Part shown: piece by piece, positions 49,050 to 53,827 of the stretch
How positions within the stretch are numbered: position 1 is the first letter of the stretch
Layout of the letters: the number at the start of each line of letters is the position of its first letter
Origin: Halocafeteria seosinensis
Taxonomy: Eukaryota
DNA length: 53,827 bases
Assembly (NCBI GenBank): GCA_001687465.1
Contig: LVLI01000274.1
Location: forward strand, 1-53,827
Reading direction: 5' to 3'
Made by a program: the position numbers and the translations under genes
Notes under the pieces: model-generated
The model's input: only the letters and a program-made list of their open reading frames with translations
The model's database searches: none
Told to the model about the DNA's origin: nothing

Positions 49050-52000
49050 TCATTTATCTTCCACTGTAACCATACTCTTCGGAGCGGATGTATCTACGAA
49101 GTAGAAGTCGGCAAAATCACTAGGTCGGTCGTTTACAGGAAGTAGACGCATTAGTACCCCTACGGGAAGGGCTAATGCGCCTAAGCCAATAGACATCAAC
49201 CAATGGTCGATTTGAAGTCCGGTGGTCTCAGTAAAGCTACCACCGACTTCTACTATGAAGATCTGCAGCCCGATAGTTATCACGATCACACAGATGAACA
49301 CGCGGCTCGTATGAAGATTCCTGTATATCCTCCAATCGTCTCCAATACTACGAGAATTGAATTCGTTAAACACCTGGGCAAATACGAACACATTGAAAAT
49401 AAAAGTATTCAGGTATTCGTTGAACTCGTGAGTATCAACTTCTTCGTGTCCGAGATAGTCAGCCACTTGCGATTCGCTAATGTTGAAAGACGACCCATCA
49501 TTAAGCAAAATACCCAACAATAGGCCAACTTGAAATGCGGACTGAAACAGTATATGCCTCCACATCTTGGGTGATAAAAGGGAAGCATGACTGGCAAATG
49601 GTTTGCGGTCTAATAATTCCGGTGTCGGTTCTTCAGTGCCAAGAGCTAATGCTCCCATTGAGTCCATAATCAGGTTTACCCAAAGCATCATCACAGCATT
49701 TAGTGGTGGCTCTCTTTGCGTTACTCCCGCAAGAAACGTAATGACAAGGGCGACGACGTTGACGGTCAGTTGGAACTGCAGGAACTTGCGGATGTTGTCA
49801 TAGACTGATCTTCCCCACATCACGGATTTGACAATGGATGCGAAATTGTCGTCTAGTATTACAATATCGCTGGCATTGCGCGCAACATCGGTACCACTGA
49901 TACCCATCGAAAGGCCGACATCAGCCGCTTTGAGGGCTGGAGCATCATTGGTTCCGTCACCAGTAACCCCAACCACCGGTTTGTAAACGCGGCTCCCCCG
50001 CTCGCTATAGTTGGTTTCTTCCCATTCTTTAATGAAACCAGGCATTAGTCGCCTCCAATTATACTCCGTAAATTCAACACCGGGGTGCTCTTCGCGCCAT
50101 TCCTTCTCCGTTTCTGGTAAATTTCCGTTAAGGCGCTTCACCAGCCAATACTTGTCTTCGGGAGAAGATCTAGCCATTACTTGCAATCGAGGCAATATGG
50201 CGTCTACTTCCTGAATGCTCATTCGACGGAATTCCGGTCCTTCCACAACGATTCCATCTTCTGTAAGAATCCCGCAGCGCTTTGCAATTGCTTCAGCAGT
50301 GCGCCTATTGTCTCCTGTTACCATCCGAACCCGTATTCCTGCGTGTTGACAGGTATGCACGGACTCCACGACATCTGGTCGCAGTGGATCCTCGATACCT
50401 AACATCGCGTAAAAAGTGTAACCGCGCCCTCTGCTCCTTCCTTCTTGAGGTAGTCCCAAGCTTTCTACGGCTGAAGGGTTTACGAACCACTCTTGATTGG
50501 TTTCTTGAAACCATAGTTCCTCGATTTCTGAGCGCCCTTCAGTTTTTTGTGCGTGTGGAAGCGATGCTAATTGCTTCTGTATGCGGTCCTCGGGACAATG
50601 CTGAAAGCCAGGCAGCTCCTCTAAAGAATCAAAATCCAAATATGCATATGCCAAAGTGCGTAGAGCATCAGAAGCCATATGGTCTTGTGCTTCCATGACC
50701 TTGTTCCTGCGCATCTCATCGAGTGGCCCGATTGCTCCATCTTGAGTTTGCCAATGGGTGCAGCGCTGCATGACAATTTCTGGTGCTCCGGTGAGGAGTA
50801 TTCTCACTGTACTTCTGCCTTTAGTGTCTTCCGGAAGCCTGAAGACAGTGGTGGCCATCTTTCGGGAGGAATCGAACAAATGGTGTTTCATATATCGCCC
50901 TTGAGCGACCGCAGTGGCTCGCACTTCTTCGGGGTCCAGTCCGGCACTTCGTGCCAGAAACAAGCCAGCTCCGGCTGTCTTACTTCCGGCTACATCTAGA
51001 AGGCCTGCCTTTCTCCGCTTTTCGTCTTGACTAGTATGCAGAAAAGCCGTTGTATTCAAACTAACGTGCTCGAGTAGGAGCTCCCGCAAGTACCCAGGGA
51101 GTAATTCTTTGATAGCTGCCTTAGTACCTGAGCTCTCTGAGGGGTTGATTGTGTTGACATCTCGGAAGGAAATATGGGATTCAGGGGCATATACCGCAGT
51201 TACGCTCATCTGGTTCTGAGTGAGAGTTCCAGTTTTGTCTGAACAAATGTCCGTTGCATTACCCATCGTTTCACAAGCTGACAGTACCCGGACAAGATTT
51301 TTATCTTTCATCATCTTCATGGTTGAATACGCCAGCGAGATTGTAACAGCTAGCGGTAGGCCTTCGGGAATTGCCACTACAACTATAGTGATTACAATGA
51401 TAAAACCGCGTAATACCCAGTCGCCGACCCCTCCTTCGTCGTCTACAACATCCCTAGAAGTTCCAATCATGATCATTAAGGCAATAAACGTCAAAACCGC
51501 GGCTACTAGACCAAAATACCCTATCTTTTTTACCATTACTTCCAACTTTTCCTGAAGAGGCGTATCCCTTGTTTGCTGGCTTGTGGCTTTTCTGATTCGA
51601 CCCTGCATGGATAGCTCTCCAACTGCCACTACCAACACCCTTGCTGAGCCACTTGAAACTTGCATTCCAGAGAGAATGACTGGGCTCTTGATTGGATCAC
51701 ATGGTAATTCGTCTGACTCTCCTGTCAAGTTAGCACTTGAGAGTTTGCACTTATCAGACGCGACACAGAGGCCATCTGCGGGCACTTGTGCCCCTCCTTC
51801 TAACTCAACTATGTCTCCAACCACCACGTCGGGGCTATGAATTTCAACCTTGTGCCCGTGACGAAGTACTGTCACCCGCAATTCAGAATCGGAGGCACTT
51901 TCCAACTTTAAAAATTGAAGCTGCTTCTTGTAGTCGTTTCCAGCAGACACTCCTGACACCACTAGAACAGCAATTATTATAGCTACCCCATCAACCCAAC

Positions 52001-52799
52001 CTTGCTCCCCTTTACTATGTTGCTCATAAGCCCCAATGCCCAAAGAAGTCAAAGCGGCGATGAGTAGAATTATCAATACAGGGTCTTTGAATGCCTCGAC
52101 GAACAACTTCCAAAGACTGTCGAAGGGGCGTGCTGGTAGAGCGTTCGTGTAGAAGCTGCGGAGTATTAGATATAAAAAAGTTCAATCATTCGTATGGTTC
52201 AGCGGTTGGCATGGTCATTAAACTTACACCTCCCTACGAATGGTAAGATCTTCAGGATCTCCGGAAATTCCGTTGTGCAGATCTGTTTTCAACTTCTCAG
52301 ACAGACCTAAAACGCCTCCTGCTTCAGCGAGACGACGCTTGCAGGATTCTTCTTCGCCAAATTCTACCATGTTACATAGTTCAGCTACCGAGACTTCGAA
52401 TCCTTCTCGATGTTGCCGGTCAAGCTCTGAAAAGTGCATGGCTTCCACTTTCACCACCCCTTGCTCTGTGTTCGTTGGCGCAACCGACCCATTTTCCACG
52501 GTCCTCTCGCTTGCCGCTTTTTCAGGCGTTGATTTCTCATCTGATGAATGCCTGTTGCCATTGGATGCATCCAGAGAAATCGGGTTGTTTTCTCCTGGAG
52601 ATGTAGAACTTCTGGGAGGAACGTCCACTGTGACGGACTGGTCTGTGGCCGTGCTACCAGAGTTGTAGCCCATTGAGTCAGAACCACGATGTCGCTGTCC
52701 GGCTTTTCTTTCATTTGGAGCTACCAAAATAGGAGTGCGTCCTTCATTCTGCTTATTTGCCTTGCCATTGTTAGACTTCGAGCTCCGCTGGGAAGACAT
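49050..52799 (-). CDS. P2B-type (PMCA/ACA) Ca2+-transporting P-type ATPase
   Basis: Intron 52156-52227 joins ORFs 52224-52820 and 49050-52106. Motifs LTGES, IPEGLPLAVT, ACETMGNATDICSDKTGTLT, MVTGDN, TGDGTNDAPALK, RKFLQFQLTVN, WVNLIMDS. Start uncertain: an acceptor near 52824 suggests an upstream exon. Confidence 0.95.
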
Positions 52800-53827
52800 C
52801 GTGTCTTTTGAAGAAGTCAAGCACTAGTATAATATAAAGGAGGCACAAACCTGTCACAAAAACCAGGTAGTTGATACTATACACTATATTTTTTAAGCTG
52901 GTAGTAGGGGTATGACACTTAATTCAAGCATAAAGAGCCTGTAAGTGGGGACATATCTAATAACGAAAAAGACACACTGACTACACAACACACTGATGCC
53001 AAACACACCGAGACTCTTCAAGACACGAAAACAAGAGCGATCGAAGTGCTCATAAAACAGCCCAGTGCTAGCTATTTGTGAGTAGCACTGGAAGCTCTGA
53101 CAATCCTCACTGGCTACATGGGTACTCCTTTGTCGAGCGGAGTATATGCGCTGTGAACAGTTGCAAAGTCGAGCAGAAAAGCCAGCGTGGATCCAATGGA
53201 AGTGGATTTTCTCGGCCTTTTTGTTGGTGTGCTCCTTCCACATTTTCCCATTGGTCTTGTTTGGACGCCTGCAAGCGTTCACGAACCCGCGTACAAGCAA
53301 CTTCATTATGAATGTGCGAAAGTAAAGCCCCATTGGTTTGATTGAAGCCTTCCCAAGATTCTCGCAATCTGATGTCCGAAGCATAGAAATGCTATTTACA
53401 ACAAGAAAAGGTAATATTTCAGACAAGGGCATTATACAAATTCTACTGGTTTTGCCTTAGCAAGAAGTGTCATCTCCTGGAGGTTCCATTTGTGCCTCTG
53501 GACACGTTGTTGGGCACTCTCACACCTCCACAGCAATTTTGAAGGAGTGAATAAAGCTATATACAAACTTTGCATACCTCCAATGTGCCCAAGTATCGGA
53601 TAGATACATCCTGTGTAGACCTGGGTATCGCATTGCGATGCAATAGTGGGTCCTCACTCAGGCACTGCTATCTTTTCTCGTTTGAGAAGAAGTGCTACGG
53701 ATTGAGGACAACTTCTCATGCACTCTACATCTGATAGATGGTGATCCAAGAGATCGAGACGCTTGCATTACGAAATTTCGTTGCCAGGCGATTACACCTT
53801 ACAAAGAGAGGCTCTACTCTCTGGACC

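Noticed and set aside
52893..53432. 179-aa minus-strand ORF upstream of PMCA
   Set aside because: No domain features and UTR-like composition; probably 5'UTR or intergenic.

Overview
Gene-dense eukaryotic DNA from a compact genome. Most introns are GT-AG and about 60-140 nt. The organism is probably a flagellated protist, plausibly a stramenopile (inferred from the outer-arm alpha-type dynein, a POC5-like gene and a PMCA insertion). The six-frame ORF track fragments most genes, so I rebuilt them by splicing by eye. In order: a 5'-truncated IPT/TIG-repeat multi-TM receptor-like protein; a tandemly duplicated membralin (TMEM259)-like gene with one intact and one pseudogenised copy; POC5-like; LSM7; a circularly permuted ATP-grasp ligase-like gene head-to-head with an SPX-AstE/AspA (M14 Zn-amidohydrolase) fusion; a TM RING-H2 protein; TAF1A/Rrn11-like; Rab6; RPS24; DDX6; a Kelch/Ig-containing dynein heavy chain; a Zn2Cys6 + PAS-like transcription factor; GON4L/DUO3-like; and a P2B Ca2+-ATPase. 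The best candidate for an undescribed system is the divergent pair at 14148-19070: a putative ATP-dependent amide/peptide ligase next to a peptidase/deacylase carrying an SPX (inositol pyrophosphate/phosphate-sensing) domain. This could be a phosphate-regulated make-and-break module for an amino-acid polymer, tag or small peptide. All family assignments come from motif recognition; no searches were run.
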